Positions 46,197 to 56,536 of a stretch of DNA of 64,000 nt are shown here, one piece after another (the stretch's first letter is position 1; each line of letters opens with the position of its first letter). Location of the stretch: NCBI GenBank assembly GCA_029266615.1, contig JAQSWN010000010.1, forward strand, positions 1,472 to 65,471. The letters run 5' to 3'. The translations under genes were made by a program, and so were the position numbers. The notes under the pieces were generated by a model that saw only the letters and a list, made by a program, of their open reading frames with translations, was not told the origin of the DNA and did no database searches. The stretch is from Polyangiaceae bacterium. GTDB taxonomy: Bacteria > Myxococcota_A > Polyangia > Polyangiales > Polyangiaceae.

Positions 46197-47858
46197 TCAC
46201 TGCTCGAAGTCGTCGATTCGTAGCAAAGCCTCGCCGTCGTCGACGCCGGGAGCGTCGGCGACACCGCCAGCGAGCGGCGTCGAGTCCAGCTGCACGCCGA
46301 CGCTGATGACGCGCGTAGCATCGAACCCTTCGTCTTCCACGCCACTCAAATCCCATTGCAAGGACACCCACTCGCGGGAGCTCAGCGAGGCGGGGTCGGC
46401 AGCGGGGCCTGCTGGACACACGAAGCCTATCGAGCAGGCGTGCAACGACACGCGCACACCGGCTAGCGTCCCCGATTCCAGACGGACACGGGCGCGCAGC
46501 GTTGCCCCCGTCAGGTCACGAACCACCGCCCTATTGGCGATGACGTACTGGTTCGGGCGGGTGAAGGTCGCTCGCAGCTCCAGTGAGCCAGGGCTCCGGT
46601 CACCCTCGCTCGCGCTGAAACCGAGCGTCGCAGGGACGGCGCCCACCGCGCTCGGCGCACCAAGGTTCGTAAAATCCGGATCTTTATAAGGATTCAACAG
46701 CCACCCATCGGCTCCACCGTCGAACGAAAAGGCTAGCGGCAGCTCCTCCTCGGGCTCGACCTCGGGGCGGGGGCCGCTGTGACGCTGCAACGCCGCCTTC
46801 ACGAGCGAGCCCGTGACGGATGCGGTGCCCGTCCAGTCGTCGATGAGCCCCGGGAACGTGCATCCACCGGGGAACCAAGCCCAAGCCGTCCACCCGGCGG
46901 CGTGCGCATCGGCGTAATCGATGACGGCCCCCGTGTAGTCGGTTGAACAGCTCGGATCGTTCAAGTTGCCGAACTCGGTCACCATCACCGGGTCGGTGGC
47001 GGTCAAAAATCCCCAAGATTTTTCCCACGCAGCTGGCTGACGATTCGGCGTGTTGTATGGGTGGGTAGCGTAGACGATGTTGTATCCATCGATGCGGTTC
47101 GCGACCACACCGGACAAGTCGTACGCCCAATCGAGCCCGCCGATGAGCACCAAGTTGTCCGCGCCAGCAGCCCGAACGGCGTCGTAGAGCTGCTGCATAC
47201 CAGCGGCGCGAAAGCCCGCGCTCGTCTCCCCACCCGACTTCCAAACTTGCCAGCTCACGTCATGAGGCTCGTTGTACAGCTCGAACAGCACGCGCCCGTC
47301 GCCGCGATAGCGGGCCGCGACCTCCGACCAAAATGTGATCGAACGCTCATCCGCCATCTGCTGCTGGCAATTCGGAGGCGACGTGCAACCGCCAACGGTC
47401 CCAGCGTCCGACCAATGGAGGTCCAAGATCACATCCATACCGGCGGCCTTCGCCCAACTGACGGCGTCGTCGACCAACGGCGCATAGCTGGCGGCAAACT
47501 GCGGAGAATCCTCGAGCCAAAAGGCTTGGTTGAGCGGCAATCGAACGACGTTCGCGCCCCAGGACGCCATCAACCGAAAATCCCGCTCCGAGAGGTGGTC
47601 ACCGGAGGGCGACCATTCAAGCGATGGCCGAGCCAGACCACGAAAGACATGAGCCTTGCCGGCCTGCGAGCAGACGGCATTGCCGTTGACGTAGTACCCG
47701 TCGGGCGCGAAAGGGGGCGTCATTGGGCCCCCGCAACCGGGCGGTGGGGCGGCCGGCGCAGGGGGCCCGTCTGCGACCTCGACGCCGCGCTCCCCCCGAT
47801 CACAGGCCGGGGCTACCAGCAACATGACGAACCACGGCGACACTCTCCATCTACGCAT
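46197..47858 (-). CDS. GH5 cellulase-family lipoprotein with a C-terminal CBM-like domain
   Basis: NVVRLP, ILDLH, FELYNEPH (acid/base), HPY and VTEFG (nucleophile). Confidence 0.92.
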   Translation of the reverse strand: MRRWRVSPWFVMLLVAPACDRGERGVEVADGPPAPAAPPPGCGGPMTPPFAPDGYYVNGNAVCSQAGKAHVFRGLARPSLEWSPSGDHLSERDFRLMASWGANVVRLPLNQAFWLEDSPQFAASYAPLVDDAVSWAKAAGMDVILDLHWSDAGTVGGCTSPPNCQQQMADERSITFWSEVAARYRGDGRVLFELYNEPHDVSWQVWKSGGETSAGFRAAGMQQLYDAVRAAGADNLVLIGGLDWAYDLSGVVANRIDGYNIVYATHPYNTPNRQPAAWEKSWGFLTATDPVMVTEFGNLNDPSCSTDYTGAVIDYADAHAAGWTAWAWFPGGCTFPGLIDDWTGTASVTGSLVKAALQRHSGPRPEVEPEEELPLAFSFDGGADGWLLNPYKDPDFTNLGAPSAVGAVPATLGFSASEGDRSPGSLELRATFTRPNQYVIANRAVVRDLTGATLRARVRLESGTLAGVRVSLHACSIGFVCPAGPAADPASLSSREWVSLQWDLSGVEDEGFDATRVISVGVQLDSTPLAGGVADAPGVDDGEALLRIDDFEQ

Positions 47859-47981
47859 TTTCAGGCTCCTGCGCTCGACCCCCAACGCATACGCGACCGG
47901 CGCCGGCTGGTCTTCGCGTTTTGTGAACCAGCCGAAAGTCCACTATCGCTAGGCTTCCACGACTGGATGTAAGGTGGGAGC

Positions 47982-48917
47982 ATGGATCGCGGACCGATCT
48001 TCCAGGAGTACGAGCGCTCCGTCAGCCCCGCCGGCTACGTCTCTTTCTACGCTCCGAGCTCGACTCGTCCTGCCCACTTTCATGGGCAGCTCGAGGTGCT
48101 GGTTGTCACGCGCGGGCAGCTGACGTGCTCCGTCGGGGCCGTGGACTACGTCGTGAACGCGCCCGCCTTGGTGTGGCATCTGCCGACGATCTCCCACCAA
48201 ACCATCAAAGCCAGTCGCGACTGCTTTTTCTGGGTGGTGCTCTTCGAGCCATTCCTCGTCGAGGAGGTGCTTTGCTCGGCGGAGGTCGCTCGCGCCGACG
48301 GCCCTCTCGCGTCCCTAGGTACGAGCGCCAGCCTGCTCCGGCGCGTGGGTAGCGCCGGCAGCCCGTTCGCCGGGTGGATTCTGAGGCTCACGAACCTCTT
48401 CGGCGCTCGGCCCGTGGTCGAGATCACCCAGAGCGCGGCGTCCGCACTGGAGGAGCTCGCGGCGCAGGGGCTGCAGCGGCTCACGTGCGAGCAGGTGACG
48501 AGCGCGCTCCGCGAGCTGCTGGTGCTGGCCGTTGCCGAAAGCGAGCGGCAGTTGTCGCGACTTGGTGCGGCTTCGCTGCCGGAGCTGGGAATCGCGCTGT
48601 TGCTGGCTGCACCAGAGCTGGAGCGTCCCGCCGTGTGCCAACAACTGCAAGTGAGCACGAGCTACCTCTCCCGCCAGTTTCAGCGTCGCGTGGGCACCAC
48701 ATTCGCGGCGTGCCGCAGCCGCGCGCGGGTGGCTTCATTCCTGGCCGCTTCCGAGCAGGGCGCGACCTCTCTCTTGCAAGCCGCTCTCGCCTCCGGCTTC
48801 GGCAGCTACTCTCAGGCTCATCGAGTCTTCTCGAAGGTCACCGGATATTGCCCGCGCTGCTACCTGCAAGGAGCCGGTCGCGCCGCGCTGTCCGAGGTGA
48901 CGGTCAGCACACTCTAG
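47982..48917 (+). CDS. AraC family transcriptional regulator
   Basis: Cupin HFHGQLE and HTH SYLSRQF...ALASGFGSYSQAHRVF. Confidence 0.9.
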   Translation: MDRGPIFQEYERSVSPAGYVSFYAPSSTRPAHFHGQLEVLVVTRGQLTCSVGAVDYVVNAPALVWHLPTISHQTIKASRDCFFWVVLFEPFLVEEVLCSAEVARADGPLASLGTSASLLRRVGSAGSPFAGWILRLTNLFGARPVVEITQSAASALEELAAQGLQRLTCEQVTSALRELLVLAVAESERQLSRLGAASLPELGIALLLAAPELERPAVCQQLQVSTSYLSRQFQRRVGTTFAACRSRARVASFLAASEQGATSLLQAALASGFGSYSQAHRVFSKVTGYCPRCYLQGAGRAALSEVTVSTL

Positions 48918-49425
48918 CCCTCGTCGTCGCAGGCGTGCGGCGAACGGGCGGCCGCACCGTGCCTCCGGCGATTTCTCGGACAACGAGTACGGCTTCGCGT
49001 GCCCGGCTGGCACGACACCAGGCACGCCGCAATGCCCTCCCGAGCAGACTTACGGTCCGGGTCAAGGGCGCGACACGCGCGGGGGCGCGCCGTTCGCCTG
49101 GCCCGGCATCTGCCGCGCTGCTTCGCGCTTGAGCGCATCAGCGGGATTTGCCTCGCCCGGCACCGGCTTCCGCCTAGCCAGAACGTTGCCGTTAGCCACC
49201 AAGGACTAGGAGCCAAATCCTGCGAAAAATTGCCGGCTTTCGCCAAGGATTTGGAGCGCGGTATGCCCCTGGCTCTACCTTGGGCTGGGATCCAGGTCCA
49301 GCAGGTCGCAGATAGAGTGACCGACGGTCTTCGTATCGCTGCCGCAGAGCGGACAGATGCGCGGCTCCCGCATTAGCGCGCCCTGGAACCGACAACGACG
49401 TCCGAACGGCGTCGTGTGGGGCGGC

Positions 49426-50622
49426 TCAATCTTGGAGGCGTGCGCGGACGAAGGGACCGTGGCCCTGCAGCCATTCATCACCGAATCCACCGTCGCGGGG
49501 AGCGCCCTCTTTGAAGAGGCAGCTCGAATCCTCGCAACCATCGAGCTTCCACGACGTCCAAGAGATGTGGTTCGCCTTGAGCAGGTCGTGCCAGGTGGTC
49601 GCCTCGGCCTCGCACACGATGCCGTCCACACCGCCGTCGGCGTGCGTCGCACCCCACTCGGTTACGAACATCGGTAGGTTCTTGTCCAGCGCCGCCTGCG
49701 CCTTGTCGAGCAGCCATTCGTCATGAGTGCAGGCGTAGAAGTGCAGCGTGTACAGCAGGTTCGTGCCGCCTACGGGATCTGCCGCCGCCTCGTCCACGTC
49801 TTGCGACCAGTGGGGCGTACCGAGCACGATTAAGTTGTCTGAATCCTTGGCGCGAATCTTCGCGATGATGGCCTCGTGGTACGTCTTGAGCTCTGACCAG
49901 GGCACGTCCAGCGGTTCGTTGAACGGCTCGTAGATCACGTTGGGCAGGTGGCCGTACTTGCCCGCCACCTCGTCGAAGAAAGCTTCGGCTTCGGCTCGGT
50001 GCGACAGCGCTTCGTGGTCGTGCCAATCGATGATCACATAGAGACCCAGCGCGACCGCGTTTTGGACGATCTTATCGACCTGCTCCTTGGAGCGCCCGGG
50101 GTCCGCCAAGTACGCGCCCTCGGGCTCGACGCCCATGGCTGCGCGCACCACCTCCACTTTCCAGTTGTCACGCATCCACTGCAGCGCTTGCTCGCTCTCC
50201 GCGTAGCCGTCGTCCTCCCAGTTCAACCACATGCTGGACACGCCCTCCAGCTGCACCGGACTGCCTGATTGGTTGACGAGGTTTCGCCCGTTCACGGCCA
50301 GTTTGCCGTTGATGTAGACGGCGCTGCCCTGCGGCGCGGTAGGGTCTCCTATCGAGCCAGCGGAGCCGCCTCCACCGCCAGCGCTCGAGCCAGCGAGCCC
50401 GGTGCCAGTCGTGCCCCCCAGCGTGGCGGAACCGGCGAAGCTACTTCCGCCAGTGAGGCTTCCACCGCCGGCAGGGCCGGTCGTGGTTCCGCCGCTGGCG
50501 GTGCTGCCACCCTGCGCGGTGCTGCCAGCCTGAGCGCCGCACTGCGAGCAGGGCTCGCTTCCTCCGCATCCGATCAAGCTCAGGCCACCGCTCAGTATCC
50601 AAACGAGTGCACGGCGAATCAT
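49426..50622 (-). CDS. GH5 endoglucanase lipoprotein (GH5_2-like)
   Basis: VQLEGVS, VRAAM, YVIIDWH, IYEPFNEP, LHFYA and FVTEWG motifs, with lipobox LIGC. Confidence 0.93.
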   Translation of the reverse strand: MIRRALVWILSGGLSLIGCGGSEPCSQCGAQAGSTAQGGSTASGGTTTGPAGGGSLTGGSSFAGSATLGGTTGTGLAGSSAGGGGGSAGSIGDPTAPQGSAVYINGKLAVNGRNLVNQSGSPVQLEGVSSMWLNWEDDGYAESEQALQWMRDNWKVEVVRAAMGVEPEGAYLADPGRSKEQVDKIVQNAVALGLYVIIDWHDHEALSHRAEAEAFFDEVAGKYGHLPNVIYEPFNEPLDVPWSELKTYHEAIIAKIRAKDSDNLIVLGTPHWSQDVDEAAADPVGGTNLLYTLHFYACTHDEWLLDKAQAALDKNLPMFVTEWGATHADGGVDGIVCEAEATTWHDLLKANHISWTSWKLDGCEDSSCLFKEGAPRDGGFGDEWLQGHGPFVRARLQD

Positions 50623-50864
50623 GTAATGCAGCCAGCTACCAGCGCGGCTCGAACACTCAACCGGTTTACGCTCCAACTCTGCGCGAAATACCTCAGTTTG
50701 CCCGAGAGATTCCTTGATAACAAAGATTTCGCGCGCGAGCAGTAGGTTCTCTATGCTTACAAACCGCACGCTCGCAAGCTCATGGACCGGGTCTGGCCGC
50801 TTAGGCTCGGGTCATGCCCACTGGCATTGGGCCACAGCGGACCAGGCCGTGCACCGCGCGGTCA

Positions 50865-51572
50865 TCAGGGCGGGCTCGGTTCGTCCGGTACCTTCGTGGA
50901 GTCGGCCGCCGTGCAGTACGCCACCCCCGAGGCCGTATCGGCGCAGCCGGCGTCGAGATTCACGGCGAGGAGCTGTAAGTCCACGGTACCGGCAGAGGTG
51001 CAAGTGAGCTCCGCGTTCAATGTATTGGCGCCGGTCAAGGTACCGTTGCTGGCCGACCACTCGTACACCAGGTTCGATTCCGGGTCCTCCACGACGGCTG
51101 ACAAGTGAATGACCTCTCCCACCAGGACTTCGGAGGGAACGGCAGAGAACGAGTCGACCTTGGGACAGCGATAGACGGAACCGATGATCTCGACGCTACC
51201 AGTCATGGCATCTCGCCAGCAGTAGAGGTTGACCCCCACCTGATTGGCTTGGCCAGCGATGATGTCGAAAGCGGCGCCGCCGGTGCATCGGATGCTCGGG
51301 TCGTTGGCGTCGGTGGCGCTGAACGTGATGGTGTAGGCGCCTGGGACAAGGCCGCCGAAGCGCGCAGAAATACGTGTGCTCCTCGCAACGTTCAGGACCG
51401 AGGTCTCGCTGTAGTTCGCCCCTTTCATCGTGTACGTGATGCTGTTGATCGTCACGCTGCTCGTTTCGAGCGAAAGCTCGACGGAGCCTTCGACTTCAGA
51501 CTCTCGTTGGTCCGGCGAGCTACAGGCGAGCATCGAAAGTACCGCTGGCAACCAGCAGAGAACGCGGTTCAT
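50865..51572 (-). CDS. Lipoprotein with Ig/PKD-like domains
   Basis: AGGA RBS, lipobox MLAC and CP...PSEVLVG...DPE..LVYEWSA motif. Confidence 0.8.
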   Translation of the reverse strand: MNRVLCWLPAVLSMLACSSPDQRESEVEGSVELSLETSSVTINSITYTMKGANYSETSVLNVARSTRISARFGGLVPGAYTITFSATDANDPSIRCTGGAAFDIIAGQANQVGVNLYCWRDAMTGSVEIIGSVYRCPKVDSFSAVPSEVLVGEVIHLSAVVEDPESNLVYEWSASNGTLTGANTLNAELTCTSAGTVDLQLLAVNLDAGCADTASGVAYCTAADSTKVPDEPSPP

Positions 51573-51941
51573 GGCAAAATCCTCCTGGATGATAGCGCCG
51601 CAGCGCTCATCGATAATCAGCGCTCACAGGGAGCTCAGTTGATGGACGAGCTCCTCTCTACCATCGTGTGTCCAGGCGCAGTTGAAGCCATTTGCCTCAC
51701 GGGCAGCGTGCGACGTGTGAGCCACCGTGAGTGCCGAGCTGGAATTCGGGGAAGCGAGTCCAACGCATCCAAACGCATGCGCGCCCCGCGGCGCTTCTGC
51801 TCGTGACGCCTGGCGGACGCCGGCCTGGTGCGCATCGCTGAAGAAGCCGTCCGTGACGGCATCATCGCCGTCGACCTTCACCAGGTCGCGGACCTCGTCG
51901 ACTTTCGCACCAGACTCCGGCGAAGAGTCGAGGCCTCCGCA

Positions 51942-53132
51942 CTAGGTGGAATCGCGGTCGGCAGCACCGCTAGCCAGCTCGTCGAAGGGTGCTCGGGGAG
52001 CGGGCTCGGCGCCTGCCGAGGCGCTGGACCCTGCGCCTTCGGGTTGGCGTTTGCCGACGGTCGGGGCTTTGCTGGGCGCGGTGGTGCCCGTTTCGTTCAG
52101 CCCGCGCTTCGTCTGTTCTAAAATGCGATCGAGTGCTGCGGCCAGCTTGCGATCGGCTGGCCGCGGTCGCGACGGCGAGCGGTTCGGCGGAGCGTTGGGT
52201 GTCGAGCGCGGCGGCTCACCGGGGCCCGCGTAGTCGACCCAATAGGCGGAGTGGTCGCGTACGTCGAGATGAACGAAGCTCGAGTTGGGGTAGTACCCGA
52301 CACCCACGTCTTCGATTTCGCGGAGGTACTCGCAGACGATCGCGTTAGGGACACCCACGACCATGAAGTCGATGGCCGAGCTGTACTTGTGACGTGAGTC
52401 CTGGAAGTAAGACGTCGTTCGGTAACCGCTTACCAGGCGAATGGGACGTCCGCCGAAGGTGTCGCTGACCTCGATGAGGAGGCGAACGAGGCGCTCGGGC
52501 AAGGCTGGATGGGACCCGCCCGCGCCCAGGAGTTGATTCAGGGCGCGGACGGTCTCCGAACGAAGGCGACCGTCCGGCCCCATCGCTTGACCGCTGAACC
52601 GAGAGCGGTGCGTCGAGAGGTCGAGGAACCCCTTGCTCCTGGGCGGCCGCGCGTACGATTGCCACGAGGCGCGTGGCGAAGGTGCGACTCCTGGGAGGAC
52701 GAGCACTTGACCGACCTGGAGCGACTGTTGCTTCGCGAGCGAGTTGATGGCGGAGAGCACCTCGACCGTGGTGGCTGCTCGTCGCGCAATCTCGCTTAGC
52801 GTCTCCCCCGCGAGCACCGTGTGCCGAATCGGCGCGACGCCGCTCAGGATGCGCGTTGTCCGCGCGCGCGACGTCGTGCTCTCGTCGGTGGCACGCTTCG
52901 AGCGCGGAGCCTCGCGGCGCTGGGCGACCGGGAGCACCGCACGCTGGCGAAGCCCGGTCGTCCGGCGAGGCTGATCCGGGCGACCGCGCTGACCGGCCGT
53001 CGCGCTCGCGCGGAGCTCGAGGCCGGTGCTCGTGACGCGGGCCCGCGGCGAGGAAGGGGTGGCCGCGGCAAGCGGAGAAGCCGCCACGAACGCTGCACAG
53101 ACGGATAGCTGGTAGAGCGCGCTGAGCTTCAC
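51942..53132 (-). CDS. LysM + YcbK/DUF882 (peptidase M15-type) protein
   Basis: LysM HTVLAGETLSEIA...LQVGQVLVL. M15 motifs SGYR, SRHKYSSAIDF and GVGYYPNSSFVHLD. GTG start is approximate. Confidence 0.88.
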   Translation of the reverse strand: MKLSALYQLSVCAAFVAASPLAAATPSSPRARVTSTGLELRASATAGQRGRPDQPRRTTGLRQRAVLPVAQRREAPRSKRATDESTTSRARTTRILSGVAPIRHTVLAGETLSEIARRAATTVEVLSAINSLAKQQSLQVGQVLVLPGVAPSPRASWQSYARPPRSKGFLDLSTHRSRFSGQAMGPDGRLRSETVRALNQLLGAGGSHPALPERLVRLLIEVSDTFGGRPIRLVSGYRTTSYFQDSRHKYSSAIDFMVVGVPNAIVCEYLREIEDVGVGYYPNSSFVHLDVRDHSAYWVDYAGPGEPPRSTPNAPPNRSPSRPRPADRKLAAALDRILEQTKRGLNETGTTAPSKAPTVGKRQPEGAGSSASAGAEPAPRAPFDELASGAADRDST

Positions 53133-53400
53133 GGCATGTGAGCGCTCGCACGTCGCTGCGCCATGGCCAAGTTTCTTGGAGGTCGCCACCGAGCTTCCGT
53201 TCAGGAAGGGGCAAAGAGGGCGATAAAGACTGTCCCGCCTGCTAGCCGCGGCAGGGTGACGGCGGGCGGTGAGAGGCTCCCACCTCTCACCGGTCGCCAA
53301 CGGCAGGGGGGCGACCGACTTCCGCGCTCAGCAACCTCCGTGTTTCAACAACCTGCTAGGCTGGAACGCCGAACGTTCACCGCTCGGCGTTCCACACTCT

Positions 53401-55062
53401 TCAGTGAAGGTCGAAGTTGTCGAGCGCTACGTCCATCCAGCTAATCTTGATGTTCGTCTCGATGTCGAAGCGGATGTCTCGCCCGGCGAAGGCGGTGAGA
53501 TCCGCCGAGAACGGCGTCATCTGCGACAAAACCAGCGGATCGCCCACGGCAGTCTTGTACAACGTCGCAAGAACCGAGTCGTCGCTGGGGTCGCGCACGT
53601 TGATGGCGATGTACTGAGAAAGCGCGTTGAAGCTGGCCGCGGTGTTCTTGTAGTACATGTCCCAGTCGAGGGTGGTCGTGCCGATCGGGACGGTGAAGTC
53701 TTGGTAGATGCGATGAACTCCCGGAGCTGATTGCTGCTGGACCGCGAGCAGTGTGCCGGCGGTGGACGTGAACGTGGTCGGCAAACCGATGGAATTCAGG
53801 GTTTCGTTGCGCTTGTCCGCGTAGTCGAACGCGCTGTCGCCTCGGTTGAGCGTCGTGCCCGACGTCACCAGTAGCCATTGCCCGCTGGAGGTGGAGCCCA
53901 CGGTCCAGCCCGCGTAGTCGGGCAGCTCGAAGCTCGGGTTCCGGAAGTCGTCGAAGTCGCAGACGTAGCTGGTGGAATCGACCTCCTCTGCCTGGAGCGT
54001 CTGATCCGCGTTGTCATCCAAGCCTACCTTCACCACGTGGCCGCCGCCCGTGCAGTTGCCGCCGGACGGCTCGACCTCCACGCTCACGCGCACGACCGAG
54101 GCATCGCTCCCGTCGGCGCCGTTGCACGCGTAGCGCGTTCCGTCGACTTCAGCCGGCTCGAGCGCGCCGCTGCCGTCGTCATCGATCCCGTGCGTGATCT
54201 TGGAGCCGCCCGCTGCGCAGTTGTTCCCAGGCGCCTCCACGTCGACGTTCACGAGGCTCGACGTCCCGTTGGCCCCATTCGCGCCGCTGCACGCATAGGT
54301 GGACCCCGCCACCTCGCTCGGCTCGAGCGCGCCGTTGCCGTTGGCGTCTCGGCCGTGATCGAGGCGCTGGCCGCCGCTCGGGCAGTTGGCGCCCGCGGGC
54401 TCCGCGGTGCTCACGACCACAGAACCAACGCCGGATGTGCCGGGGGCTCGCTCACAAACGTAGCGGGTCCCGTCGACCTCACTCGGCTGCAAAGCGCCGT
54501 CGGCGTTGCTATCGAGGCCGTGGTCGATGCGCTGGCCGCCGTTCGCACAGTTCGCGGACGCGGGCTCAGGGGTGGTCGTGACCAGCGCAATCCGGCCGCC
54601 GTTTCCGGCGGCACCCGGGCCACCGTTGCACACGTACACAGTGTCGGTGACGACGCCTTCGTCGATCTCGCCATCGGCGTTGGCGTCGACGCCCACCTCG
54701 ACGCGCTGCCCGCCGTATTCGCAGACACTTCCGGCAGGAACGTCGCTGACAAGGACGCCCGACACCGTGCCGGAGGCGCCGTCTTCACCGGGTCCACCTG
54801 CCGCGGGCTCGCCGGCTTCGCCCTCGGCGCCATTGCAGACCAAGCTCACCGAGGTCACCTCGTCATCGTCGAGCTGCGCGTTGCGGTTGTCGTCGAGGCC
54901 GGTCTCGATCTCGTGACCACCCTGGGGGCAGTCACGCGATGCAAACTGCTCGTCGACGCGGGCGAGCGAGAGTTTGCCCGCGGGGCCGTCCTCTGTTGAG
55001 CAAGCCGCGGCCCCCAACGTGAGCAGGCCGAGCGCTGCGAAGCAGTTCGGTAGTCGATTCAT
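53401..55062 (-). CDS. Lipoprotein with six Cys/Ca-loop repeats (DUF7151-like) and a C-terminal jelly-roll-like domain
   Basis: Lipobox AAAC, six CxxGG...GxDxN/DxDGxL...EV...C repeats and a C-terminal NPSFE...LDNF domain. Confidence 0.85.
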   Translation of the reverse strand: MNRLPNCFAALGLLTLGAAACSTEDGPAGKLSLARVDEQFASRDCPQGGHEIETGLDDNRNAQLDDDEVTSVSLVCNGAEGEAGEPAAGGPGEDGASGTVSGVLVSDVPAGSVCEYGGQRVEVGVDANADGEIDEGVVTDTVYVCNGGPGAAGNGGRIALVTTTPEPASANCANGGQRIDHGLDSNADGALQPSEVDGTRYVCERAPGTSGVGSVVVSTAEPAGANCPSGGQRLDHGRDANGNGALEPSEVAGSTYACSGANGANGTSSLVNVDVEAPGNNCAAGGSKITHGIDDDGSGALEPAEVDGTRYACNGADGSDASVVRVSVEVEPSGGNCTGGGHVVKVGLDDNADQTLQAEEVDSTSYVCDFDDFRNPSFELPDYAGWTVGSTSSGQWLLVTSGTTLNRGDSAFDYADKRNETLNSIGLPTTFTSTAGTLLAVQQQSAPGVHRIYQDFTVPIGTTTLDWDMYYKNTAASFNALSQYIAINVRDPSDDSVLATLYKTAVGDPLVLSQMTPFSADLTAFAGRDIRFDIETNIKISWMDVALDNFDLH

Positions 55063-55079
55063 GGTCTTTGCCCTCCTGA

Positions 55080-56195
55080 TCACGGCTCGCCGTTACAAAC
55101 GTAGGTCGTGTTCTCGACTTCACCGGCTTCGAGCGTGCCGCTACCGTCGGCGTCGCGTCCGGAAACGATGCGTTGTCCGCCGTAAGTGCACGTGGCGCCT
55201 GCCACGACCTCGGCCACGATGACCAGCGCGTCCACGCCGTCGCTCCCAGCGGCGCCGTCGCACACGTAGCGCGTGCCGGCCACTTCGCCCGCGTCCAACG
55301 TGCCGCTACCGTCGGCGTCGAGACCGTAGGTCACCTTCTCGCCGCCCGCAGCGCAGTTGCTGCCTGCCGCTTCATCGACTACGGCCACCAAGCTGTTGAC
55401 GCCGTCGAGCCCGTCGCTCCCGTTGCAAGCGTAGCTCGTGACGTCGATCTCGGCGTCGTCCAAGACGTCGTCAGCGTCGTCGTCGAGGCCCAAATCGACG
55501 CGCACACCGCCGTCCGCGCAGTTGGCGCCCGCGGCTTCGGTGCTGAGCTTCGACAAGCTGTCGAGCCCTGCTTCGCCGTCCGCGCCGTTGCAGAAGTAGG
55601 CTACCTTCTCGACTTCGGAGCCGGCGAGCTCGCCGTCGCCGTCAGCGTCCAAGCCTGATTCGATTTTCTGGCCTCCTGTTGCGCAGTTGGCGGAAGGACT
55701 CTCGCTCGTGACGTTGATCAGTGAGGCTAGGGCATCTTGACCAGCGTCGCCGGCTTGGCCACTACACACCGTCGCCGTGGAAACGACCTCGCCGGCTTCG
55801 AGCTCACCGTTGTCGTTCGAGTCGATGCCCTGGTCGATGCGCTGACCACCCGCCGGACAGTCGGTCCCGACCGGCTCGGGAGAAGCGATGACCAGCGCCG
55901 AGTGCCCATCCGAACCGGCAGGTCCTGCCGTTTCCGTCCCGCTCGAACCCTTCGCGCCATCGGCTCCGTTGCACGAATAGAGGGTGCTTTCCACCTCGGC
56001 GGCATCGAGCTCTCCGTTCCGATTCTTGTCTCGCCCCGACGTGATGCTCACGCCGCCGGTAGGGCAGTTCGCCCCCGCGGCCTCTCTAGCCACGCTCACG
56101 AGCGCGCTGTCGCCCACTGCTGCGTCGCCGTCACAGCCGGAAAGTGCGCCAATAACGATGGTCAGGCCGGTCAGCCTAGATGCAAGTCTTGCCAT
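55080..56195 (-). CDS. Lipoprotein consisting of six Cys/Ca-loop repeats (DUF7151-like)
   Basis: GGAGG RBS, lipobox LSGC and six repeats separated by G-X-Y triplets. Confidence 0.85.
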   Translation of the reverse strand: MARLASRLTGLTIVIGALSGCDGDAAVGDSALVSVAREAAGANCPTGGVSITSGRDKNRNGELDAAEVESTLYSCNGADGAKGSSGTETAGPAGSDGHSALVIASPEPVGTDCPAGGQRIDQGIDSNDNGELEAGEVVSTATVCSGQAGDAGQDALASLINVTSESPSANCATGGQKIESGLDADGDGELAGSEVEKVAYFCNGADGEAGLDSLSKLSTEAAGANCADGGVRVDLGLDDDADDVLDDAEIDVTSYACNGSDGLDGVNSLVAVVDEAAGSNCAAGGEKVTYGLDADGSGTLDAGEVAGTRYVCDGAAGSDGVDALVIVAEVVAGATCTYGGQRIVSGRDADGSGTLEAGEVENTTYVCNGEP

Positions 56196-56536
56196 GGATC
56201 CTCCGAAGTAGTCGTAACGACGACTTGGTGACGTAGCTTAAGCTCGTCGTCCCGACTGACGTATGCGCGCAGTGCGCATCCCTGACGTGCGCTTCGCTCG
56301 TGTTGGGGGCTTCGGGGCCCGTCGTGTAGCCGTGAGTGACGGAGAACCCGCTCGCTACATGGCGGCGCTCTTCAGGCTCGAGCCGACCATCGCGGATGAG
56401 CCCCGCAAGACGAAGGAAGGCCGCTCACCGGGGGCGTCCCCGGCACGTGCGCGGTGGACGACGACTGCGGAGGTTTTCCGGGGCTCGTCAAGCGCACGGC
56501 AAAGTACGAGCTCCCCGGCACGACTGATTCATCGCC

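Noticed and set aside
49251-49266. sigma54-like motif TTGGAGCGCGGTATGC
   Set aside because: No plausible plus-strand gene follows before the convergent GH5 gene.
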